Below, piece by piece: positions 1 through 17,997 of a DNA stretch of 48,050 bases. How positions within the stretch are numbered: position 1 is the stretch's first letter; each line of letters opens with the position of its first letter. Source of the DNA: Macrostomum lignano (taxonomy: Eukaryota); assembly GCA_002269645.1 (NCBI GenBank), contig NIVC01004377.1, forward strand, positions 1 to 48,050. Reading direction: 5' to 3'. Position numbers and translations under genes: made by a program. The notes beneath the pieces were generated by a model that was not told the DNA's origin, did not search any database, and saw only the letters and a list, made by a program, of their open reading frames with translations.

Positions 1-311
1 AAAAAAGCAGAGAACAAAAAGGGTTTAACAAAAAGCACAATATTTTTCAATTCAAAAAAATTCAAAATTTAGGAATAGAAAAAACTGGCACTTTATGCGG
101 CAGCTGATAAGTTAAATTAAAAAAAATCTAAATAGAAAACTAATGGCTACATATTATATATACATAGCAAACTTTTTTATTTAGATTCGCATTTATAAGC
201 GGTAGCGCAAAGTTCAAGCCAGAGACACCATAGCGCACGCAATAAACAACAAAATAAAATCGTCCAAACGCTTGATCAGCGTAATCGAACACAGAGACAG
301 CCCAATTTCTT

Positions 312-3300
312 TTACTCAGAATGTTTAAATTTCCTATCCTTGGTGCCGACCTCGCACAGCTGGAGCACCCGGGCCGGCGTCAGCGGCAGCTCGAACGTCA
401 GGTTCACGTCCGGCTTTCCCTGCTGCTTCCGGAAGGCCTCAATCGCTCTCTTGATGGCGGTGACGCAGGTGGCCGCCAGACCGAGCGGCGCTCCCCGATC
501 GCCTTCGTGCTGAACACGCTGTCGGTGTCTCCCGGCTTCTTCAGCAGGTGACGCGGAAGTCGCGCGGCACGTCGGCAGCCTGCGGCGGCTTATAGTTCCA
601 GGTACCGTCGGCAGGTTCGCCCGGTGTCGGAGTCGTACACGGTTCTCTCAGTCAGGTAGTAACCCATGCCGAACACGTAGGCGCCCTCGATCTGGCCAAT
701 GTCCACGCCAGGGTTGAGGCTCTTGCGATGTCCATCGTGATGTCCGAGCGCAGGACGACGTACTCGCCGGTGAGGATGTCCACCTCCACCTCGCCGCGCC
801 AACGCCGAGGGTAGAGTAGCGAGCGTGCTGGGATTCACGATTTTGGCTGGCGTAGCTGAATGTTCGAGAACGTATCGTAAATTATTTATAATCTTTGTAA
901 ATCCAGTCACAGGTGACGAATTAGGAGCTTATGAATGGACTACTTACCTGCCGAAAGCCTTGAGCAAGACTCCAGACATGATTGCCGCGACAACCAGTTC
1001 GTTCCAACCGGCATCTTGCTTATTCTCTTTGATCGGCAACAAGCGCTCTTTGATTTGATCAGCGGCAGCTTTGGCTGCCATGGCGTTGAGCTCGCTAGTA
1101 GCGCTGCCGCCGGTTGCGTCCATCTGTGGCAGCATCATAGTGTCGGTCGGTTTGGCCTTCACCATGTCGAGTGTGGCGCCAAACTCGGCCAGCTGAGCAA
1201 CAGCCGCTTGAGCAACTTTCGTTGTCAGACCCTGGCCCATTTCCGTGCCGCTATGCACAATGGAGATGCTGCCATCCATGTGCACCGTAAGATCGACCTC
1301 GGATATGCCAACGCGAGCATAACTGATCGGGTAGGAAATAGCGGACATGTCCAGCCCCCGTTTTTTGTACGCGTTGGCCTGAAAACACGGTGGGGGATTA
1401 AATGATGTATACTTAAATTAGGTAGCTCATGAACTCTGCTAAAACTGAATACGACTTTGTAGTTAACAATCACACTTTTTCTTTACCAGATTGAAGGTGT
1501 CGATGTCTTTTCTACGCTGGTCTATCTCAGCTGCAATGTACGCTCGTACAACTCGTCCCACATTCGCACCAGATTGTCTTTTGTTCGTTCCATGCCATTC
1601 TGGTCCAACTTGAATTGGATTGGTTTAAATATTCCAAAGTAAAGAAAGGACTAACATCTCTTAGCGCTCATGATTTTTTGCTTTGAAAATTGATAAATAT
1701 GTCTATTACCTGTCCGTCTCTATACAAATTCTTTCGTTTGAAGTCGATAGGATCAATTTTTAGCTTATAAGCCATGTGGTCCATCATGAGTAGGTTGAAC
1801 AGCGCGGCTGGACCGGCTCCCGGAGCTCGAACTGATGTGCTCTGTGGCTTATTCGTTTTTAGGTAAGTCAGATTCCTCTTGAACGTTGGCGAGTAGTACG
1901 CTTGATCCATTGAGTCATCCATCTCTCGGCCAATGATGGTGACAACATTACAGACGTAGCCCGCGTCCAAATAAGAGTCCCAATGGACGCTCATTAGCTG
2001 ACCATCCTCTGTAGCGCCAGCTTTGTACTTTGTGATCACGGTTGGACGCTTCTGGCTGTACTGGGCCAGAGAATCAAAGCGAAGAAACATGCGACAGGGT
2101 CGGTGGGTAATATCGCAGGCGATGGTGCAGAGAGCAGTAGCGTGATCTATCTGTAATGCGCGGAGTATAAAATGCCGATGTGTATAGCTTTGTGACTCAA
2201 TACTTCAACGAAATGCAAATATTCAGCATAAAAATCGGTGACTGCCAACCATAAAAATTTTTCCACCGAATCCGCCGCCCAAACGGGGACAGACCACTCG
2301 AAAATGGTTCCTTGGTCTGCCCATCACCTTGGCGAGCACCATAGAGGAAACTTCTGGCCACTGGTGCGGCGCATACACCAAAAAGCCTTCCTCTGTTTGG
2401 CGAACGCTGGTAGTCACTGACTCCATGAAGAAGTGCAGCTGCTCACCGACCACAAACTCTCCTTCAATCTGCACCGACTGCTTTGCCAACTCAGCGTCAG
2501 GGTCTTCTTTCGAGGCTCTTTGTGCATCCTGGAAGAACATAGATTGCTTAGCCAAAGCCTCCGTGATGTGCACAATTGGCTCATCATCTCCGGCATCGAA
2601 GTTCACTTCGACCAGACTGGCTGCCCGGTCGGCGGCCCACTGGGTCTCGGCGAGGACCGCGGCAACGGGTTGACCAGCAAAACCAACAGCTTTGGATGGG
2701 AAGATCTCGTCCGTCTGCCTAAAGACACCAATTTTATTCAGGGGCATGCATAGATTTCTTCTTATACTTTGTAGAAATCCTTTCACGTGCGTTTAGGAAT
2801 ATACCAGATTACGAGTACTTACGGTACACGAAGAAATAAGCAAATGTTGTCAAAACTTACGCCTCGGGAGGAAGAATAGGAAGAGTGCAGTTGTTGGTGT
2901 ATTTTCCCTCTAAGTCCTTGACTGTAAGGATGCTGTGGAAACCAGGCACTCTCTGTAAAAATTTTTGAATTCAATAAACTAGGCATCGTGGTCTGGGGAA
3001 AAGCAGATCTATTTTCTAAAAAAGTGACAAACATGCATAATATATGTACCTCAGCTTCCTCAGTGTCGAAACCTGTGACCTTGATGGCGGCCTCGGGAGC
3101 CAGAACGTAGGCCAAGAACAGCTCATTCGCGTGAGCTGGGTAGTCGTTCACGTAGGTGGCCTCGCCGGATGTCTGCGCCTTGGACTCGAGCTTCCTGACC
3201 GACTGGCCCAGCGGTGCCGGCTGAAGCTCTTCGACAAAGTCTGCTCGCCCTCTGGAGAGGCCGGGTGAGGACGGGACCGCCCGAGCGAGCGGCGCCTTCC

Positions 3301-5480
3301 ACAGCGTCGCTGCCGATGTCCAAGATGGTCTTGTAGAGAAGGTTCACGGCCAGCTGTCGACGGTGCTCGGGTGAGGAGGCGGTGGCTTCCTCGACCGGCA
3401 CCACCTCCGACTCGAGCACCTTCAGCGCGGCTGAAAGTTTTTGAGTGTCGGTTAAGTGATTGTCAAGTTTTCAAGCGATTCTTAAGTCCAAATAATATTT
3501 TAACAACACAATTCTTCGTTTAAAACTCACATTCGACAACCTCTTCATCCAGAAGGCTCTTGTTCAACAGAAAGTTTTCTGTCTTCGTGGCTCGATTCTA
3601 CAACAGACAAGGTTACATGTCAACTACTTTGTTGCTTCTGTTTCTGTTCTATAAGTTTAGAATCAGCTGCAGTGCTTACAAATTTGTCAGAAATTCCACC
3701 AATAACAATGGTTGGACGCTCAAGCACAGTGTAGTCCTTTTTCTTGTCAACAGCAAGCTCAAAGGCTCCGTTGACGTAGGCATGGGCGTTCTGCAAGAGA
3801 AACATGTGGGTATTTCAATGTAGCAAAGTATTATTGGTTATACATAGTGTTGTGTCAGAAATACATGATTGACTTTTAGCTCACGAGCTGACGCGGCGTG
3901 ATCTTGAACGACCTGTAGAAGTGCTGGTCCGTCGAGATCGCCGGCAGCTTGGCCGACACGATCACCTTCCCGCGCATGTCCAGCCTCAAAAAGTCGGTCA
4001 GCACGTGATCCTGAGTACCCTGCTCATCCGCCACCTTGATCACGGTCTTGGCCGCCTCCAGTGTGATAAACACGTCCGACGGAAAGTCCTGGTGTCGGTG
4101 CTTCATCATGAGGTTTCCAGCCCACGACGCATTCGCGCGAACGGCCTGATTGGCTACCTGCTGGTAGTGGTCGCTGATTCTGTCGAGGTGAGCCAGTCTG
4201 GTCACCTTCTCGGCGGCCTCCTTGAATGTGTCGATCAACTCGCGCAGAGTGACGGTAGCACCGATCTCCAGACCCGACTTGCTCAGCTAAAAGCAAAGCA
4301 AAGATTTATTCAGATTGCGAACTATTCAGATTGCGAACATACAATCCAACTGATAAACTCTTGCTGTAACATCTACCACTCACCCTGATGTTGTGCAGCT
4401 CTGGAACGTTGCGAACGTTGATGTAGCAGTTGACGAGCACGTCTTCCTTGAACACTCCGGCAGAAGTGTTTCCGCACACGAGCTGGTACTCATCGTCCTT
4501 GTACCGCTTGAGCAGCTTGAGCAGTTGGTCTAAGCTTCCAGGATTGTAGAAGCGCTGTCCCTTCCAGCCGCGAGCGATTGGGATCACACCGGATGTAGGT
4601 GGCTTCGCGATGCCTTCAGCGCACAGGCTCTTGTTCATTTCCTGAACAATGGAGTTGATGTTGTATGTGTGAAGGGGTTGAATGGGATGTTGAAAGGTAC
4701 TACTGATTGTGCGCCAGATAACATAGGTGCAAACATCAGACTCACCTCGATGTCCACGCAATCACCGTTGTTCGAGTCGCACGCGAACGACTTCATGCCG
4801 TCGAGAATGGACCGATAGCCTGTGCAGCGACAAATGTTTCCATCGAAGAAGTGCTCGACCTGCTGCATCGTCGGCTTCGCGTTCTCCTGCAGCTGGCTGT
4901 ACATGCTCATGACGAATCCGGGAGAGCAGAAGCCGCACTGGGTTCCATAGTGCTCGGCGAGTCTCTCTTGGATCGGGTGGTACGGCTTGCCGCTGCCTCC
5001 GATGCCCTCGATGGTGGTGACGTGCCAGCCTACTGCCGAGTACACCGGACACAAGCACTGCAAACGATCACACGAGTCGCGTCATGACCCCAGAGCTGAC
5101 GTATTCAACTTCATCATTAGTAGGTCGTAATCACGAAGCAAAAGGTGACTCACCGAGTTGACAGGCACTGACACGACCTCTTCTGTAGCCGGGTGCTTGT
5201 AGGTGGCCGTGACAACGCAGCATCCGCACCCGCCTTCTCTACACATAACTTTGGTGCCCTTGAGGTTGAGCACATCGCGAAGGAAGTCGTTGAGACTGGT
5301 CTCGGGGTTGCAGTCCTTGGGAACTGTTTAGGTTTAGAGGGATGCACGATTTTATTTGTGTGTTAATACGCTCGTAAGCACAAAGAGCAATATTATTAGA
5401 CTTGATTTACCATTAGTGGCTCTTCCGTTAACGAAAATCACGGGATCACCGCTGGAAGGCACAATGCCGCTCGAATACAT
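312..5480 (-). CDS. AOX: Aldehyde oxidase / xanthine dehydrogenase-like molybdoflavoenzyme (invertebrate AOX type), 14 exons, with apparent frameshifts
   Basis: Exons with GT-AG ends: 5411-5480, 5154-5323, 4746-5057, 4384-4641, 3885-4286, 3680-3790, 3531-3597, 3050-3430, 2861-2952, 2250-2718, 1710-2150, 1487-1608, 948-1378, 312-855. Starts MYSSGIVPSSGDPVIFVNG. 2Fe-2S motifs: GTKVMCREGGCGCC, QCGFCSPGFVMSMY, GNICRCTGYRSI. FAD domain: VCGNTSAG, GNLMMKHRHQDFPSD. Moco domains: QTSGEATYVND, LGGGFGGK, GTEMGQGLTTK, SLNPGVDIGQIEGA, KAIGEPPL. Frame breaks near 3258, 1545, 793, 725, 615 and 548. Confidence 0.93.
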
Positions 5481-6771
5481 AATGTCGCTTGTGGTTTGGA
5501 ATTATTTTTTTCGGAAGCGTCAGGCTGGCTATCTGAAATAGTTCTGCGGAGTGTTTTTATTTTGTCAGCAGGGTTAGCTCTTGCTCCTGCTTTGTTGATG
5601 AGAATTTTTTGTTGAAATAAAACTTGGCGCTCTTAAGTGGCTCGGAAGAAAAACACTTAGATTCGATGCGAGAGTGGGCGCTTTCTCACTTACTTGTGCA
5701 GTCTTCTTTCTTGATTATCTTTGGTTAGCTCAGATTTAGCATTGGAAGCTTTTTTCCACTGTATTTGATATGAAACTTTGACCTAAAAGTTTATGCTGTA
5801 ATCGCTTAATTGCGCTGGGTAATTCTGCTTTTGTATCGTCTTTTGACAGAGTTTTCTTGTACGGTACTACCTAGAGATAGATAGTTTATTAATTAAAATA
5901 AATTTATCTAATGTTATATGAAACTTGTAAATAATAAACTACTGCGTTTAAAAGTGTTTTGTTCATCGTTTTTACGGTTGTCTTAAAACCGATTTAAAGA
6001 CACCTTTTTCTACATACCATATCTTACTGTAGTGACTAAGATACTACAGTCACACAGTAGGTAACACAGTATTGCAGTACTAGAGAATACAAACATACCA
6101 ACTACGACAGTAGTACCACAGTACATATATTATAGTTTTAATGCATGATTTTGTCATCTTAAGTTAAGTTGCTTAAGGTGTTTAAGTTGAATATTGGCCG
6201 TGAAACGAGCGTGTCATTGTAGATTAAATCATTCATCGCCACATGCGGCCGCAAAGCCTTTCTATCCGGCCCTCGGGTCCTTTGAAACTTCACAATAGCA
6301 ATCTTCCCTGCTCAAGGCTTGTGTCTCTTCTCAGCTCTCCTCTCTCACTTCTTCCTTCTCTTTTCTCTCCTCTCCTCTCTTCTCTGCTCTCCTCTCCTCT
6401 CTCTTTTCTCTCTTTATTTCGTCTTCTCTCTAATGCCAACTAGCAAGCATCTTTAATATGATAAAAAAGGTTATATTACGAGTAGTTGTGAGCTCGAGCA
6501 GAGACACTTTTTGATAACTTTTCGTTCAAATTTAAGGTTAAAATATATATTGTATATCAATCCTCTGTATATTTTTGGCAGCAAGCCATAAATATTCGTA
6601 CATTATAAATGTTTAATTATAACAACTTGAGACCTTTCTCAATGGATTAAATGAAAAGTATGTCGCCCAAGCACCTAAAGGAATGAAAAAGGAGTTGTGT
6701 CTGCATCTTAATAAAATATTCAACCGTTAATTGTTTAAGCCAGTTTTCCTGGCCTGTACTGAAGTACTGAT

Positions 6772-13978
<7,207 letters not shown>

Positions 13979-14697
13979 CCTTGCGAGCTAGTTCACTCAC
14001 AACAATTTTTTTACTTTCTTCCGATCTTTTTATCGTTGCAGCTGTAGCTAAAAACAAAATGCCCCTATTTAGCCGTCCCTGCCTTCTCCTCTCCTCTAAA
14101 CTGCAGAGAGAAGAAATAGCAAAGCAAAGCAAACGAAGATAGATTCTCTTTCCGTATGTGCGTGTATTTGTCTTCTTTTATTGAAGCAGATAAGCTCTGA
14201 GACTTGGAGATGAAAAATTGCTGGCCTAATGCCTCGGAGACTGAACAGTTTGCCAAAGGCATGGAGCATTGCAGTCTGAGTCATGCTTGGGACTGGCCCC
14301 GTTTTTCTGCGTACATTGCCTAGCCAAGCTGAGCTGCCTTATAAGCTAGTTGTGTAGTGTTAGTAGAATGCCTGAGAGACAGATTGAGTCAGTCAAGCAG
14401 TGGGGTTTACACAACTGTCGAGGCTTGAACAGTGACATTAGGGAAATCCGCAAAAGGGTGCATCCATGGTCACCTGTTGAAGATTCAGTAGCTCCGTCTA
14501 GGTGAAGACCAATTGCCTGTGCTGATGAAGTTTAGAGGCTTGACAAGGCTGCACCAAGGCACGCAGTGCTGGGGATTGGCGCGCACAGGCGCTTGTTGCA
14601 AAATAGGATTTTCTGGCCGGAATCGCTGAATATCTCATCGGGCCTGGACGGATGGCGACTTGAATCTTAGTTGAAAAGGTGCGCAACAAGTTACTAT

Positions 14698-14973
14698 TGC
14701 GACTCACGACTTGAACGTCGGGGTTCGATTCCCGATCCCACTGGAACAATTTGTGTCCTTGAGCAAGACACTTAACTCTGCATTGCTTCAGTTCACCCAG
14801 CTGTAAAATGGTTGCCAACATTGGCTGGGGTAATTGAGGCTGTGTGTGGCGACTCCCCAGTCCTTGGACTGAACAGCCGTACGCAGCCTTCAGATGCGCC
14901 GCGCAATAGCTGCGGCTAAGCTGTCGGTTGCACATCTGTCCATTAGGGCAGGTGAAATCAATTATTATTATTA
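14698..14973 (+). mobile_element. tRNA-derived CORE-type SINE, copy 1 (5' head truncated)
   Basis: B-box GGTTCGATTCCC, a CORE-like block GTCCTTGAGCAAGACACTTAACTCTGCATTGCTTCAGTTCACCCAGCTGTAAAATGG resembling the MIR core, and an (ATT)n tail. Near-identical to the copy at 16301. Confidence 0.8.
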
Positions 14974-15003
14974 GGTACAGAAAACGGAAGCAGAAAGCAG
15001 AAT

Positions 15004-15965
15004 GCCGAATTTGAATATCAGTTTATCTAAATAGAAACTCGAGTTGCCGAATTTGAATATCAGTTTATCTAAATAGAAACTCGAGTTGCCGAATTTGAAT
15101 ATCAGTTTATCTAAATAGAAACTCGAGTTGCCGAATTTGAATATCAGTTTATCTAAATAGAAACTCGAGTTGCCGAATTTGAATATCAGTTTATCTAAAT
15201 AGAAACTCGAGTTGCCGAATTTGAATATCAGTTTATCTAAATAGAAACTCGAGTGGCCGAATTTGAATATCAGTTTATCTAAATAGAAACTCGAGTTGCC
15301 GAATTTGAATATCAGTTTATCTAAATAGAAACTCGAGTTGCCGAAATTGAGTGCAGTTTGCCGAATTTGAATATCAGTTTATCTAAATAGAAACTCGAGT
15401 TGCCGAATTTGAATATCAGTTTATCTAAATAGAAACTCGAGTTGCCGAAATTGAGTGCAGTTTGCCGAATTTGAATATCAGTTTATCTAAATAGAAACTC
15501 GAGTTGCCGAAATCGAGAGCAGTTTGCCGAATTTGAATATCAGTTTATCTAAATAGAAACTCGAGTTGCCGAAATCGAGGGCAGTTTGCCGAATTTGAAT
15601 ATCAGTTTATCTAAATAGAAACTCGAGTTGCCGAAATCGAGGGCAGTTTGCCGAATTTGAATATCAGTTTATCTAAATAGAAACTCGAGTTGCCGAAATC
15701 GAGGGCAGTTTGCCGAATTTGAATATCAGTTTATCTAAATAGAAACTCGAGTTGCCGAAATTGAGTGCAGTTTGCCGAATTTGAATATCAGTTTATCTAA
15801 ATAGAAACTCGAGTTGCCGAAATCGAGGGCAGTTTGCCGAATTTGAATATCAGTTTATCTAAATAGAAACTCGAGTTGCCGAAATCGAGGGCAGTTTGCC
15901 GAATTTGAATATCAGTTTATCTAAATAGAAACTCGAGTTGCCGAAATTGAGTGCAGTTTGCCGAA
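15004..15965. repeat. 42-bp satellite turning into a 62-bp (42+20) unit
   Basis: GAATTTGAATATCAGTTTATCTAAATAGAAACTCGAGTTGCC in tandem. From about 15345, most units gain an extra 20-mer GAAATTGAGTGCAGTTTGCC or GAAATCGAGGGCAGTTTGCC. Confidence 0.95.
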
Positions 15966-16300
15966 ATTGTTTCTCGATTTGTCGAATTCGAATGCAGTTT
16001 GGATGTGCGGCCATAGCTGATGCCGAAAATGAAAGCCAGTTTGCCGAAATTGGATGCAGTTTTATCGAAATAGAAAGCAAAAAGGTGTAGACTGCGACAG
16101 ACGGAGGGAGGGCGAAAAGTACGGCGACTTTCTGAAGCTGGTGTCGCATGTTTCTGAGAAGGAAGCAGACACCGTTCAGTCGGCAACCCACCATTTTGCA
16201 GCAGCAACCAATTTTCTTGAATTCATTACTGTTTCCTGACCTCTAAGTAATGTACGTGTATTTAAATCGAAGCTTTTGCTTTCATACCAATTTCAAAAAA

Positions 16301-16603
16301 GGGGTTGTAGCCTAGTTTTTAGATCATCGGATTCACGACTTGAAGGTCGGGGGGTTCGATTCCTGATCTAACTGGAACAATTTGTGTCCTTGAGCAAGAC
16401 ACTTAACTCTGCATTGCTTCAGTTCACCCAGCTGTAAAATGGGTGCCAGCATTGGCTGGGGTAATTGAGGCTGTGTGTGGCGACTCCCCAGTCCTTGGAC
16501 TGAACAGCCGTACGCAGCCTTCAGATGCGCCGCGCAATAGCTGCGGCTAAGCTGTCGGTTGCACATCTGTCCATTAGGGCAGGTGAAATCAATTATTATT
16601 ATT
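16301..16603 (+). mobile_element. tRNA-derived CORE-type SINE, copy 2 (fuller head)
   Basis: tRNA-like head GGGGTTGTAGCCTAGT...GGTTCGATTCC, the same CORE block, and an (ATT)n tail. Confidence 0.82.
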
Positions 16604-16657
16604 AGGTACAGAAAACGGAAGCAGAAAGCATGGGGCTCAGAGTTACAGAAATTGTTG

Positions 16658-16925
16658 ATGCTCAAGCATCGAGATGACTTGAGATGATATGAACACAATG
16701 AAGCGACCTATACACGAAGAACTGAAGTACCAGAGGAAGTACCAGCTGAGCTATCAATCTTATCTTGTCATCATCTATAACGTCGCTACAAGTCTCATTT
16801 CCCGTTCCATGCTTTGAAGCTGCCTTCGCAACTGGTGCAACACCTGCCTGACAGCAAACAGAGCCTGCAGGTTGGATAGCAGCAGGCTTAACTCGACCAG
16901 TTGCAGAGATCCGATGCTTGAGCAT
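16658..16925. mobile_element. Possible ~270-bp MITE bounded by a 14-bp inverted repeat
   Basis: ATGCTCAAGCATCG (16658-16671) and its exact reverse complement (16912-16925). No clear TSD. Confidence 0.4.
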
Positions 16926-17997
16926 TCACTGGCTGTTGGCCTGTCAATCGCATTGATGACAGCATAGTTGGTCAGCCTTCGATCGGAACTGCTGGAATCC
17001 TGACACTCCGCGCTCAGCTGGCTGTAGAAGGCGAGCAACTGGTGGGTGCTCAGCTCCAGTTGGAGTATCGTCAGCTTCAACTGGGGTTCGCGGATGATTG
17101 TTCTTGCGTTGTACATTTTGTGGCCTACTGCCAATGCAAGCAAGTCGATGAAGAATGGCTGAATTGGGTGGGTCTGCCTAAGCATGCAATAAATATACTT
17201 CATATAAATATAATCTCCAAGCAGAAGGAAACTGTGTATAAACGTACGTTATTGTAAGCTAATGCGCTTTTCTACAACTTACAGACACTACAGTTTATTT
17301 AAGCTGTCAAAACAGTGCCTTAAATAGCCTAAAAATAGCGCTATCTTATGAGTTCACAGCTCAAGCTAGCAACCTTAAAACATTTCCTAGAGGCCATCGC
17401 AAACATTTTAGTGTACCTTCCCCGACGCATCCAAAGGAATCGACGCAATTCTTAAGCCATCATACTGACTCAACTGTAACTTTATGTAACATATCACCCT
17501 ACAGCTATTTTAGAAGTAATTTTTTGCATTCATGTCTCCCCGAAACTTTGAAAAATTTAGAATCTAGAAAAGTTCAAGCTAATAGTATGAAACCACCTGA
17601 AGAATTTCCTCTGGAATGTATCCGTCATGGGTTGAAATTTATACATGATCCTACATACCTAACCTAGATTTTTATGGCCGACCTGCCTACCTATACAAAA
17701 AGTACAGGTAGAAAAAAGACAGGAAAACTGTACACCCAGCAAAATAAGTACGTCAGAAAAGTTCAAGTAAAGTCGCGAGGGTGAAGTTGTTGGCTGTTTC
17801 GCATTGACCCTAAGCAACCCCTTTTTCTCTCTTACCTCTTGCAATGGGCGCGCAAGGAAAGCTCTCGATCCAGTTCGTATCTATAATACTAAAACGAATG
17901 GCTCCAGTGCTTTGACCCTGTTGATGACTAGAAGCCACAAGCGTGCTAAATTAAATAGCTTATAAGTTTGTCAGGCAGCATGTCCAAGTAGGATAAA

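Noticed and set aside
3921-4388. Plus-strand ORFs over the AOX exons (also 935-1405 and 2329-2753)
   Set aside because: Antisense shadows of GC-rich coding exons.
15004-15965. CRISPR-like appearance of the 42-bp repeat with intervening 20-mers
   Set aside because: The intervening segments are repeated copies rather than unique spacers, the context is eukaryotic, and there are no cas genes.
16301-16375. tRNA gene
   Set aside because: It runs into the CORE block and ATT tail, so it is a SINE head.
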